DNA of 64,000 nucleotides from assembly GCA_963819655.1 (NCBI GenBank), contig CAWFXA010000002.1:448001-512000 (forward strand), in the 5' to 3' direction. Each line of letters begins with the position of its first letter. Within the stretch, counting starts at the first letter, position 1. This DNA comes from an uncultured Chloroflexia bacterium (lineage in GTDB: Bacteria > Chloroflexota > Limnocylindria > Limnocylindrales > CSP1-4). Made by a program: the position numbers and the translations under genes. Shown piece after piece: positions 32,282 to 41,100 of the stretch. The notes beneath the pieces are model-generated. The model saw only the letters and a list, made by a program, of their open reading frames with translations, was not told the origin of the DNA and ran no database searches.

Positions 32282-33942
32282 CACGCCTCTCGCCGGACGA
32301 GCGGCTGGCCCGCTACGGCCCCACGACCGACGATCGGGTCCGCCTCGGCGACACCGACTTGTGGGTGCGTGTGGCGGAAGACCGTCAAGCCCTCGGCGAC
32401 GAGCCCATCTGGGGCTATGCCAAGACGATCCGGCCGAGGTCGGCCCAGGGCGGGGCGTCGCCGTCGGAGCTCGATACAGTCGTCGCCGGGGTGCTCGTCC
32501 TCGATCCGGTCATCGGCGCGGTCAAGGCCGACATCGGGATCAAGGATGGGCGGATCGTCGGCGTCGGCCGGGCCGGCAACCCGGCCATCAGCGACGGCAT
32601 CGATCTTGCGATCGGCCCGCACACCCAGCCCATCATGGGCTACGGCCTCATCGCGACGCCCGGCGCGATCGACAGCCACGTGCACCTCATCTCGCCCGAG
32701 CTGTTGCCAGCCGCGCTCTCGGGCGGCGTCACGACGCTGATCACGGCCGGCTTCGAGGAGCCGCCGTGGGCGATGGCCCGGACGCTTGCCGCCGTCGCCG
32801 ATTGGCCGCTCAACGTTGGCCTCCAGGCGTGCGCTCGCGCCGAGGACGACGGACCGCTCGACGCACTGCTCGAGGCTGGGGCGTGCGGCTTCAAGATCCA
32901 CGAGGACTACGGCGCGTACCCGGAGCTCATCGACCACGTCCTCCGCTATGCCGACACGCGCGACGTCTCGGTCGCGCTCCACACCGATGGGCTGCACGAG
33001 AGCGCCGAGCTCGAGGACACGGTCGCGGCCATCGACGGGCGGACCGTGCACGCGTACCACGTCGAAGGCAGCGGTGGCGGCCACGTGCCCGATGTCATCG
33101 GCCTGGTCCGCGAGCCGAACGTCATCTGCTCATCGACCACGCCGACCGTCCCGTTCGGGGTGAATGCGGCCGCCGAGCAGGTCCCGATGATCGTCCTCAA
33201 TCACGGGGCGTCGTTCACGATCGAGGATGACCTCGCACTCGTTCGCGAGCGCGTCCACCCCGCGACGATGGCCGCCGAAGGGCCGCTCCACGAGCTCGGA
33301 GCGATCGCGATCGTCAATTCTGATTCGCAGGGGATGGGCCGGATGATGGAGACGGTCCGGCGGACGTTCCAGATGGCGCATGTCATGGGCTCGTGGTCGG
33401 GCAGCTCGCCTGCCGCGGACCCCTTCGATTCGACGGTGCGCGTCCTGCGCTACCTCGCGAAGGTCACCATCGAGCCGGCGATCACCCACGGCATCGCCGA
33501 CCACGTCGGATCGCTGAGGCGTGGCCGCCTCGCTGACATCGTCCTGTGGGAGCCGGCCTTCTTCGGCGTCAAACCGGCCCTCGTGCTGAAGGCCGGGGTG
33601 CCGGCGTGGGGCCCGCTCGGTGAGGGCAACGCCACGGTGGAAGGCGCCGAACCGACGCGTTACAGGCCCGACTGGGGTGGCCGGCCGAGGGCGGCCGCAT
33701 CGCTGTCGGCGACGTTCGTGTCGCGTGCCGCGACAGGGTCGCCCGAGCTGCGTCGCCACGGTCGGGAGCTCATCGCGGTCCGTGGGACACGTCGGCTGAC
33801 CCGCGACTCAATGGCACGGAACCGCAGCGTGGCCGCGGTCGAGGTGGACGTCGCGGACGGCCGCGTCACGCTCGACGGGCAGCCACTCGCGATCGACCCG
33901 GTCGCGGAGGTGCCGCTCAGCCGCCGTTACCTGCTGCGCTGA
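32278..33942 (+). CDS. ureC: urease alpha subunit (divergent)
   Basis: YGPTTDDRVRLGDT, KADIGIKDG, DSHVH, FKIHEDYG, HTD, HVEGSGGGH, SDSQGMGR, PAFFGVKP. Confidence 0.92.
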   Translation: MTRLSPDERLARYGPTTDDRVRLGDTDLWVRVAEDRQALGDEPIWGYAKTIRPRSAQGGASPSELDTVVAGVLVLDPVIGAVKADIGIKDGRIVGVGRAGNPAISDGIDLAIGPHTQPIMGYGLIATPGAIDSHVHLISPELLPAALSGGVTTLITAGFEEPPWAMARTLAAVADWPLNVGLQACARAEDDGPLDALLEAGACGFKIHEDYGAYPELIDHVLRYADTRDVSVALHTDGLHESAELEDTVAAIDGRTVHAYHVEGSGGGHVPDVIGLVREPNVICSSTTPTVPFGVNAAAEQVPMIVLNHGASFTIEDDLALVRERVHPATMAAEGPLHELGAIAIVNSDSQGMGRMMETVRRTFQMAHVMGSWSGSSPAADPFDSTVRVLRYLAKVTIEPAITHGIADHVGSLRRGRLADIVLWEPAFFGVKPALVLKAGVPAWGPLGEGNATVEGAEPTRYRPDWGGRPRAAASLSATFVSRAATGSPELRRHGRELIAVRGTRRLTRDSMARNRSVAAVEVDVADGRVTLDGQPLAIDPVAEVPLSRRYLLR

Positions 33943-34015
33943 GGAGTCGGTGTCGCACTGGATCGCGTGCGCCGCAGCGACACCGACGCGGATGAGCGCC
34001 CGCGTCGAACGGGAC

Positions 34016-34477
34016 TTAGCGTCCTCGCTGGACGTCGGCCAGCTCGCGCGCGATATCGCGCTTCGCGTCGCGGTCGGCGATGTCGCGCCGGCGGTCGTGG
34101 AGCTGTTTGCCACGCGCCAGCCCGAGCTCGATCTTGGCCTTGCCGCGGCTGAGGTAGAGCCGGAGAGGGACGATCGTCTGGCCCTTCTGCTGGGCGCGCC
34201 CAAGCAGCTCGTCGATCTCGCGCCGGTGGAGCAGCAGCTTGCGGTTCCGCTTCGGGTCGTGGTTATACCGATTGCCCTGCTCGAAGGGTGCGATGTCGGC
34301 GCCGATCAGCCATGCCTCACCCTTCTCGATGCGCGCGTAAGCATTGGCGATGTTCACCTTGCCGGCGCGGACCGACTTGATCTCGGTGCCGGTCAGGACG
34401 AGACCGGCCTCGAAGGTCTCGTCGATCGTGAATTCGTGGCGGGCTTTTCGGTTGAGGGCGATGGTCTGGTCGGACAT
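34016..34477 (-). CDS. smpB: SsrA-binding protein
   Basis: NRKARHEF, EAGLVLTGTEIKS, RKLLLHRREI, GKQLHDRR. Confidence 0.98.
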   Translation of the reverse strand: MSDQTIALNRKARHEFTIDETFEAGLVLTGTEIKSVRAGKVNIANAYARIEKGEAWLIGADIAPFEQGNRYNHDPKRNRKLLLHRREIDELLGRAQQKGQTIVPLRLYLSRGKAKIELGLARGKQLHDRRRDIADRDAKRDIARELADVQRGR

Positions 34478-34513
34478 GAGAGCGCCTCGTGGCGTGCCTG
34501 TGCTGGATTCGCA

Positions 34514-34544
34514 CGAACGCCGGTCCTATGCGGACCGGCGTTCG
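34514..34544. terminator. perfect 13-bp hairpin upstream of smpB
   Basis: CGAACGCCGGTCC-TATGC-GGACCGGCGTTCG; no strong U-tail. Confidence 0.55.
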
Positions 34545-34572
34545 AGTTGCTTACCACCCACAGGGTGTCCGA

Positions 34573-34623
34573 CTAGACGGCCATCTCCTGCGAGGTGGTG
34601 CAGCTACGCGTACTGTCGATCAC
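34573..34623 (-). CDS. candidate 16-aa small ORF (MIDSTRSCTTSQEMAV)
   Basis: Perfect SD AAAGGAGGTGAT (34629-34640); promoter TTGCGC-17-TACGGT (34652-34680). Confidence 0.4.
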   Translation of the reverse strand: MIDSTRSCTTSQEMAV

Positions 34624-34687
34624 TGCACATCACCTCCTTTCGTTCCGCGAAACCGTACCCGAAGGCCAGCGTGAGCGCAAGGAGCCG

Positions 34688-36017
34688 TCAGCGGCGTCCG
34701 CCGGCCGGTATGACCGCACCTGCGCCGAGGACGTCGAGCGCCCTCTCGAGCACCGGATCGTGGCTCGGGACGCCGACGGCCGGGAGCTCGACCGCCACGT
34801 CGGGCTCGATGCCGACATCGTGGATCCAGCGCTTTGTCGGGGTCAGCCAACGGGCGATCGTGAGGCGGAACGCGCCGCCCTCGCCGGCCAGTTCCTGCCA
34901 CTGCTGGACCGTGCCCTTGCCGAACGAGCGCTGCCCGACGAGCGTCGCCCGGCCGCTGTCCTGGAGGGCCGCGGCGACGATCTCGCTGGCCGACGCGCTG
35001 CCACGATCGATGAGACACACGACCTCGATGGCGGGATCCGTGGCGGCCCCGCCCGGGATGGCGTCGGTGGCGGTCTGCCCGCCCTTTGCATCCTGCTCCC
35101 AGAAGATCGGGCCCGAGCCGATGAACTGGCTCGCGATCATGCGAGCGGCGGTGACGTAGCCGCCCGGGTTCCCGCGCAGATCGAGGATGAGCTTGGTGCG
35201 CCCGGCATCCACGTGAGCGCGCACGACCTGGGCCAGGTCCTCGGCGGAGTGATCGGAGAAGCCCTCGAGCCGGATGTAACCGACAGCGCCTTCCACGAGC
35301 TCCTTGGATTCGACCTCGCGCTCCTGGATGACGTCTCGCACGATGCGCAGGACGAACGGCACATCTTTGCCGCGCTGGATCCGCAGCTCGACCGTCGTGT
35401 CCTTGGGTCCGCGCATCCGTTCGCGCGCTACGTCGACGGTCAGGCCATCGAGCGCCACCCCGTCGGTGGCGAGGACGAGGTCGCCGGGCTTCAGGCCGGC
35501 CTTCTCGGCCGGCGACCCACCGATCGGGGCGACGATGACCAGCCGACACACTGGGCCCGAGCGTCGCGCAGCCCTGGGTCCCATCGGCGGCCTGCGTGGC
35601 GATCTCCGCGCCGATGCCCTCGAACTGCCCGCTGATCCCCTGCAGGTTCGAGCGGTACTGATCCGACGTCAGGTACGAGGAGTAGGGGTCCTCCAGGGAG
35701 TCGATCATCCCGCGGATGGCGCCCTGGACGACCACGTCGCGATCGACCTCACCGCCGGCGTACCGGTCCTGGATCGTGTGGTAGGTGTCCCAGAACGGCC
35801 GGAACGCCGTCCCGTCGGTGGCCGGGGTGCCCGGTTCGACCGCGCTCTGGCGGCCCATCGAGTAGCCGCTCACGAACAGCGCGCTGCCGGACAGCAGCGC
35901 GACGACGGTCACCGCGACCGACAGGATCGGGACCCGCCGGGATGGCTTCAGGACGGGATCGACCGGCGCGACGGACACCGCCTGCCGATCCTGCTGATCG
36001 AACTCACCTGAGTGCAT
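34688..36017 (-). CDS. ctpA: S41 carboxyl-terminal processing protease; 1-nt frameshift near 35555
   Basis: GMIDSLEDPYS, FEGIGAEI, PDZ GSPAEKAGLKPGD, LDLRGNPGG, SASASE, SFGKG. Confidence 0.9.
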
Positions 36018-36155
36018 GGCGGTATCCGGTTCCCCTCGAATCGAGCTATGACGGCGCCGCGTGACGGGCGCGACTGGGAACCAGAATGTACATCGACTAC
36101 CGATCGCGGGCCCCGGGTCGAAGGTACGGCCGACGGGGGCGACCCCCGCGGGTGC

Positions 36156-37046
36156 CTAGCGGATCAGGTAGGTCCGGACCGACACCCAGGAGCCGAGGAT
36201 GCCGAGACCGACGCCGGCGCCCATCACCAGCGTCACGAGGTCCCGCGTCAGCGAGCCGATCTGGAGCGGCAGGACGCGGAAGAACTCGACCAGGAAGCCG
36301 TTCAGCGGCTCGGCGGCGCCGGCCAGGATCGCCAGCGTCACGGCGGCCCCCAGGAAGCCGACGAAGGCCCCTTCGAAGACGAACGGCCAGCGGATGAACG
36401 CATCCGACGCGCCGACCAGCCGCATGATCTCGATCTCCTCGGCCCGGGCGACGACCGCCAGGCGGATCGCGTTCACGATGATGAACAGCACGATCAGCCC
36501 GACGGCCACCAGTAGGACGGTGCCGGCGGTGCGCAGGATGTTGGTCACGGTCAGCAGCCGGTCGACCAGGTCCTCGATGTTGATGACGTTGCGGACGATC
36601 GGATGCTCGCTCGGATCGAGGGCGTCGCCGACGACCTTGAGGGCGGACGGGTCGGTCAGTTTGACCTCGAGGCTCGCGTACAGCGGGTTGCTGTCCAGTT
36701 GAACGGTGAGGTCGGTTCGGCCCTGCGCCTCCATCGATTCCCGGAACCGCTCGAGCGCCTTGTCGCGGGTGACGACCTCGACCGATTCGACGTCGGGTCG
36801 CTGCTCGATCTCGGCCGCGAGCGCGTTGATCTGCGACTCCGTCGCGTTCTGGTGCAGGTAGGCGACCACCTCCACCTTCTGCTCGGTGAACTCGAGACCG
36901 GCCAGCAAGCCGGTCTGGATGATCCAGAAGCCGGCGAGCAGCAGCAGCATGAGGACCATCGTCGCGGTGGCGGCCAGGCTCATGAGCGCGTTGCGCCAGA
37001 AGCCCTCCCACGCGCGTTTCAGGCTGAAGAAGAGGAAGGCCAGCAC
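36156..37046 (-). CDS. ftsX: cell division permease FtsX
   Basis: WRNALMSLA, EIEIMRLVGASDAFIRWPF. Confidence 0.95.
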   Translation of the reverse strand: MLAFLFFSLKRAWEGFWRNALMSLAATATMVLMLLLLAGFWIIQTGLLAGLEFTEQKVEVVAYLHQNATESQINALAAEIEQRPDVESVEVVTRDKALERFRESMEAQGRTDLTVQLDSNPLYASLEVKLTDPSALKVVGDALDPSEHPIVRNVINIEDLVDRLLTVTNILRTAGTVLLVAVGLIVLFIIVNAIRLAVVARAEEIEIMRLVGASDAFIRWPFVFEGAFVGFLGAAVTLAILAGAAEPLNGFLVEFFRVLPLQIGSLTRDLVTLVMGAGVGLGILGSWVSVRTYLIR

Positions 37047-37052
37047 GCTCGG

Positions 37053-37874
37053 TCAGTCCTCGCGGTGGTAGGCGCCACCGACCTCGTCGCGGATGACGCG
37101 ACCCTCCTCGAGCGCGACGACGCGCTTGCGCAGGGCCGTGACGACCTCGGCGTTGTGGGTCGCCATGAGCACAGTGACGCCGAGCTCGTTGATGCGCAGA
37201 AGCAGCTGCAGGATCTCCCAGCTGATCAGCGGGTCGAGGTTGCCGGTGGGCTCGTCGGCGATGATCAGGCGCGGGTCGTGGACGAGGGCCCGCGCGATCG
37301 CCGTCCGCTGCTGCTCGCCACCTGACAACTGAGCAGGGGTCTGCTTCGACTGGGCGGTGAGACCGACGATCGCCAGCACGCGGTCGACTGCCGGTCGGAT
37401 CAGCCGCCGCGGATGGCCGGTGACTTCGAGCGCGAACGCGACGTTCTCCCAGACCGTCTTGGTCGGCAGCAGCTTGAAGTCCTGGAAGATGATGCCGATC
37501 TTGCGGCGCATGCGCGGCACCTGCCGGCGCGGGAGGCGCGCCAGGTCCTGGCCGTCGAGGACGACCTCACCGCGACTCGCGACCTCGTCGCGGATGAGCA
37601 GCTTGATGAGCGTCGACTTGCCGGCACCGGACGGTCCGACGAGGAAGACGAAATCGCCTTCGGGGATGACGAGATCGACGTCGCGCAGGGCGATCTTCCC
37701 GTTCGGGTACTGCTTCGTGACGTCGTGCAGCACGAGGACCGCGCGATCCGGGGCGGCCTGATCACGGCCGCGATCCAGGAACCGACGACGGAGCGAGCGC
37801 GCCGCCGATGGCGCTGGGGCGATGGTCACGGGCGACTCCGCGGGCGAGAGCGGGTGGCGATCGACTGTCGCCAC
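37053..37874 (-). CDS. ftsE: cell division ATP-binding protein FtsE
   Basis: GPSGAGKST, FQDFKLL, LSGGEQQR, ADEPTGNLD. Confidence 0.95.
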   Translation of the reverse strand: MATVDRHPLSPAESPVTIAPAPSAARSLRRRFLDRGRDQAAPDRAVLVLHDVTKQYPNGKIALRDVDLVIPEGDFVFLVGPSGAGKSTLIKLLIRDEVASRGEVVLDGQDLARLPRRQVPRMRRKIGIIFQDFKLLPTKTVWENVAFALEVTGHPRRLIRPAVDRVLAIVGLTAQSKQTPAQLSGGEQQRTAIARALVHDPRLIIADEPTGNLDPLISWEILQLLLRINELGVTVLMATHNAEVVTALRKRVVALEEGRVIRDEVGGAYHRED

Positions 37875-38013
37875 CGGGATTGCTTCGGTTCGACCCCGTC
37901 CGCGGGCACTGCAGCGGGAACCACGTCGGCCCCGAGGCTATCACCGCCCCTTCGGGCGGGCAAACGTACGGGCGGCCTACCGGGACCCGGACGATGGTCC
38001 GGTCCGGTCGGGT

Positions 38014-38982
38014 CTAGAGGAGTCCGGGAGAGATCGGCACATAGCGCGACAGGTCGACGAACGGCCGGTCCCAGCACAGCAGGACAGGGAACGGCCCGAG
38101 GCGGAATCCCGCCTGCAGAGCGCCGATCACGGCCCGATCCGCGGTCCCGGGCAGCCACACCGCGAAGGCTCCGCGCGGCGTCACCTCGGTCGTGAGATGG
38201 CCGAGGATCGGGGCGAGCAGGTCGGGATCGCGGCTCGCGACAGGACCGACGCGGCCCGCCTCGGTCGCGTAGCCGTACGCCAGCGGCGTGCCATCCGGTC
38301 CGGCGTAGAGCCAGCCACGTCGGTTCTCCTGGCGCAGATAGCCGTGGTCGATGGGATGGCTGACGCCGAGGGTCTCGCGATCGAGCGCGTCGACGACCGT
38401 CACGAGCTCGTCGTGCCCATCGGCCGCCACGCGCTCGAACGACGTGGCGCGGATGCCCGCCGGCAGCGGGCCGAAGGCGTCCGGGCGCGCCGGCAGGCCG
38501 ATCAGGTCGAGCAAGGGGACGCGGGGCAAGATCCCGAGGGACGCATACAGGGCGTTGCTGATGGGCTGGGCGCTGTCCGTGCCGGTCGCCCGGACCGTGG
38601 CGGCGTCCGCGGGCGGCGCGATCCGCGCGAGGAGGGTCCGGCCGACGCCGCTGCCCTGGGCCTCGGGCAGCACGAAGCACATCGACAGGAACCATAGCCG
38701 CTCGCGGACGACGGCCGCGGCGAACGCCACGATCCGCTCGCCTCCTTGCGCCTCTGGGTCCGGTCGGGTGGCGACGACGAACCGCTCGGGATCGGTCGAC
38801 TGGAGGTGGGCATAGAGGCGGACGAGTGGCGCATTCTCGGCCTGCATGTCCGGTTGGTTCAGCCGGCCGATGTAGTCGTTGATCGACACGCGCCATACGT
38901 CGGCGCACGCATCGAGCTCGTCAGGGCGGACAGGCCGATACGAGAGCGCGCCCCGGACCGCGGGCTCAGGGCGCACGGTCAC
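38014..38982 (-). CDS. GNAT family N-acetyltransferase
   Basis: FVLPEAQGSGVGRTLL acetyl-CoA motif; second domain with VGPVA. Confidence 0.85.
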   Translation of the reverse strand: MTVRPEPAVRGALSYRPVRPDELDACADVWRVSINDYIGRLNQPDMQAENAPLVRLYAHLQSTDPERFVVATRPDPEAQGGERIVAFAAAVVRERLWFLSMCFVLPEAQGSGVGRTLLARIAPPADAATVRATGTDSAQPISNALYASLGILPRVPLLDLIGLPARPDAFGPLPAGIRATSFERVAADGHDELVTVVDALDRETLGVSHPIDHGYLRQENRRGWLYAGPDGTPLAYGYATEAGRVGPVASRDPDLLAPILGHLTTEVTPRGAFAVWLPGTADRAVIGALQAGFRLGPFPVLLCWDRPFVDLSRYVPISPGLL

Positions 38983-40110
38983 GCAGCGTCGCCCTCCGGG
39001 TCGCTGACGCGCCACTCCCCGCCGGTCGCGAGGCGCTCGAGCTCGGCCTGCATGAACGCGTCAAGGTCGCCGTCGAGGACCGCCGTGGTGTTGCCGGTCT
39101 CATGGCCCGTGCGCAGGTCCTTGACCATCTGGTACGGGTGCAGGACGTAGCTCCGGATCTGGTTGCCCCAGCCGGCTTCGACGTGCTCACCCTTCAGGGC
39201 GCGAAGCTCCGCCTCCTTCTCCTCGAGGGCACGCTCGAGCAGGCGTGACTTGAGGACCTTGATCGCGTTCTCCTTGTTCTGGGTCTGCGATCGCTCGTTC
39301 TGGCTCTGGACGACGATCCCTGTCGGATTGTGCGTGAGGCGCACCGCCGAATCGGTCTTGTTGACGTGCTGGCCGCCGGCGCCCTGGGCGCGATACGTGT
39401 CGACCCGGATCTCGTCCCAATCGAGCTCGATCTCGACGTCGTCGTCGGCTTCCGGAAGGACCTCGACCAAGGCGAATGTGGTCTGGCGTCGGTTCTGTGA
39501 GTCGAACGGGCTGATGCGAACGAGTCGATGGACTCCGCGCTCGGCGCGCAGCCAGCCATACGCGCGCCGGCCGTCGACCTCCACGGTCACGCTCTTGAGC
39601 CCGGCCTGCTCGCCCTCCTGCTGGTCGATGATCTCGGTCTTGAAGCGGTGGCTGGCGGCCCAGCGCAGGTACATCCGCAGCAGCATCTCGGCCCAGTCGG
39701 TCGCCTCCGTGCCACCGGCGCCGGCGCTGATCGACAGGATCGCCGAGCGCTCGTCGTGTTCGCCGGAGAACAGGAGCGCGGTCCGCTCTCGTGCGAAATC
39801 CTTCTCGAGCGCGGCGGCATCCCGTTCGAGCTCGGCCTCGAGCTCGGCGTCGGCGCTCTCGTTGAGCAGCTCGAGGGCCGCCTCGAGGTCGTCGGCGCGG
39901 GCCAGCAGCCCATGCCACATCTCGATCTCGGAGCGGAGGCCGTCGGCCTCCCGGAGGACCCTCTGGGCGCCGCGCTGGTCGTCCCAGAACCCGGGTTCCG
40001 TCGTCAGCGCATCCAGCTCTGCGACGCGTTGTTGCTTGGCGTCGAGGTCAAAGACGCCCCGACGTCGACCGGATCCGTTCGGCCAGGCCGCGGATGGCGG
40101 ACGCGTCCAC
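38979..40110 (-). CDS. prfB: peptide chain release factor 2 with programmed +1 frameshift at CTT TGA C (40047-40053)
   Basis: GTG GAC...GGG CGT CTT TGA C; SPF and GGQ motifs; WGNQIRSY. Confidence 0.97.
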
Positions 40111-40335
40111 CTAGTTCCGGCCCTGGAGATCCTGGAGCAGGATCGGGCGCAGCTCGATGAGCCGCAGCGCCGTCTTGCTTCTGGCGACGACGGGGTTCAC
40201 GCAGGGGCAATAGCCGTTGTGCGGACAGACGCCACAATTGCCGTCACAGTCCAGAGCAGCCGCGTAGCTGCAGGTCCGGCAATCGCGTTCGCACGCGATG
40301 AGATCGACGAACGCGGCATCCTCGGCCTGCTTCAA
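40111..40335 (-). CDS. 74-aa Cys-rich small protein
   Basis: GGAGGGA RBS with TTG start; CERDCRTC...CDGNCGVC-x5-CPC; stop abuts prfB start. Confidence 0.75.
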   Translation of the reverse strand: MKQAEDAAFVDLIACERDCRTCSYAAALDCDGNCGVCPHNGYCPCVNPVVARSKTALRLIELRPILLQDLQGRN

Positions 40336-40428
40336 TGGACTCCCTCCAATTGCGACGCTGGGCACAGGCGGCGGGGCTGGGAGACCTGCCGGGGGACACG
40401 GGCGGTCCCGGGATCGGCCGGTTGGCCC

Positions 40429-40457
40429 AGTATAGGCGGCCAACCCTTCAGCGCCAA
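40429..40457 (-). promoter_or_regulatory. sigma70 promoter for the Cys-rich ORF and prfB
   Basis: TTGGCG-17 nt-TATACT. Confidence 0.6.
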
Positions 40458-40491
40458 GAGGGTACTTTCGAAGCGCTCGCTTCAGTGGCCT

Positions 40492-41085
40492 CTACGGCGA
40501 TCCGCCGGTCACGAAGTAGATCGCCAACGCCCCGAGCTCGTGGACGATCGCGTCGACGCGCCGGAGGGCGTCGTGTTCCAGCGGGCTCGTGCGCGTCGGC
40601 GACCCATAAGCCGTGATCCCCTCGTCGGATGCCATCCGCAGCACGCGCAGCATGTGGCTCGGGTCGGATACGAACACCGCGGTCTCGAGTTCGCGGTCCG
40701 CCATGACCGCGGCGACCTGGCGGATCGACTGGAGGGTCGTCCGGCTCTGGTCCTCGGACAGGATCGAGGCTTCCGGGACGTCGGCCTGGATCGCGTAGGC
40801 CCGGGCCGCCGCCGCCTCGGTCGTGCGGTCGCCCTCGGCCTTGCCGCCGGTCACGATCAGCCACGGCGCGAGGCCATCGTGGAAGAGCTCGATCGCGTGA
40901 TCGAGCCGCGCCTTGAAGATCGGTGACGGGCGGCCGTCGTACTGGGCGGCGCCCATCACGATGATCGCGTCGGCGGTCGGCCGCTCGTCGCGGTTGCCCT
41001 GGTCCCAGATCCGGTACGCCGCGTAGCCCATGAGCGCCGCCACGGCGATGAGACCCGCGAGGATCAGTCGAGCGAGGGCGCGCAC
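40492..41085 (-). CDS. YdcF / DUF218 family protein
   Basis: ADAIIVMGAA, ARLDHA, IVTGG, TEAAA, VSDPSHMLR. Confidence 0.9.
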   Translation of the reverse strand: MRALARLILAGLIAVAALMGYAAYRIWDQGNRDERPTADAIIVMGAAQYDGRPSPIFKARLDHAIELFHDGLAPWLIVTGGKAEGDRTTEAAAARAYAIQADVPEASILSEDQSRTTLQSIRQVAAVMADRELETAVFVSDPSHMLRVLRMASDEGITAYGSPTRTSPLEHDALRRVDAIVHELGALAIYFVTGGSP

Positions 41086-41100
41086 CGTTGCCTCAGCCGC

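Noticed and set aside
31200-34015. Cupin-urease block as an island integrated at the tmRNA 3' end
   Set aside because: No integrase, no duplicated tmRNA 3' end and no evident compositional shift.
34573-34623. Type I toxin interpretation of the small ORF upstream of smpB
   Set aside because: Peptide is polar with no TM helix, and I saw no clear antisense promoter/terminator pair.
27512-36017. Programmed frameshifting or pseudogenisation of the antiporter and ctpA
   Set aside because: No slippery heptamer or stimulatory signal; single extra base in 3-nt homopolymers, consistent with sequencing error.
40047-40053. In-frame TGA in prfB as a defect or novelty
   Set aside because: It is the well-known CTT TGA C programmed +1 frameshift.
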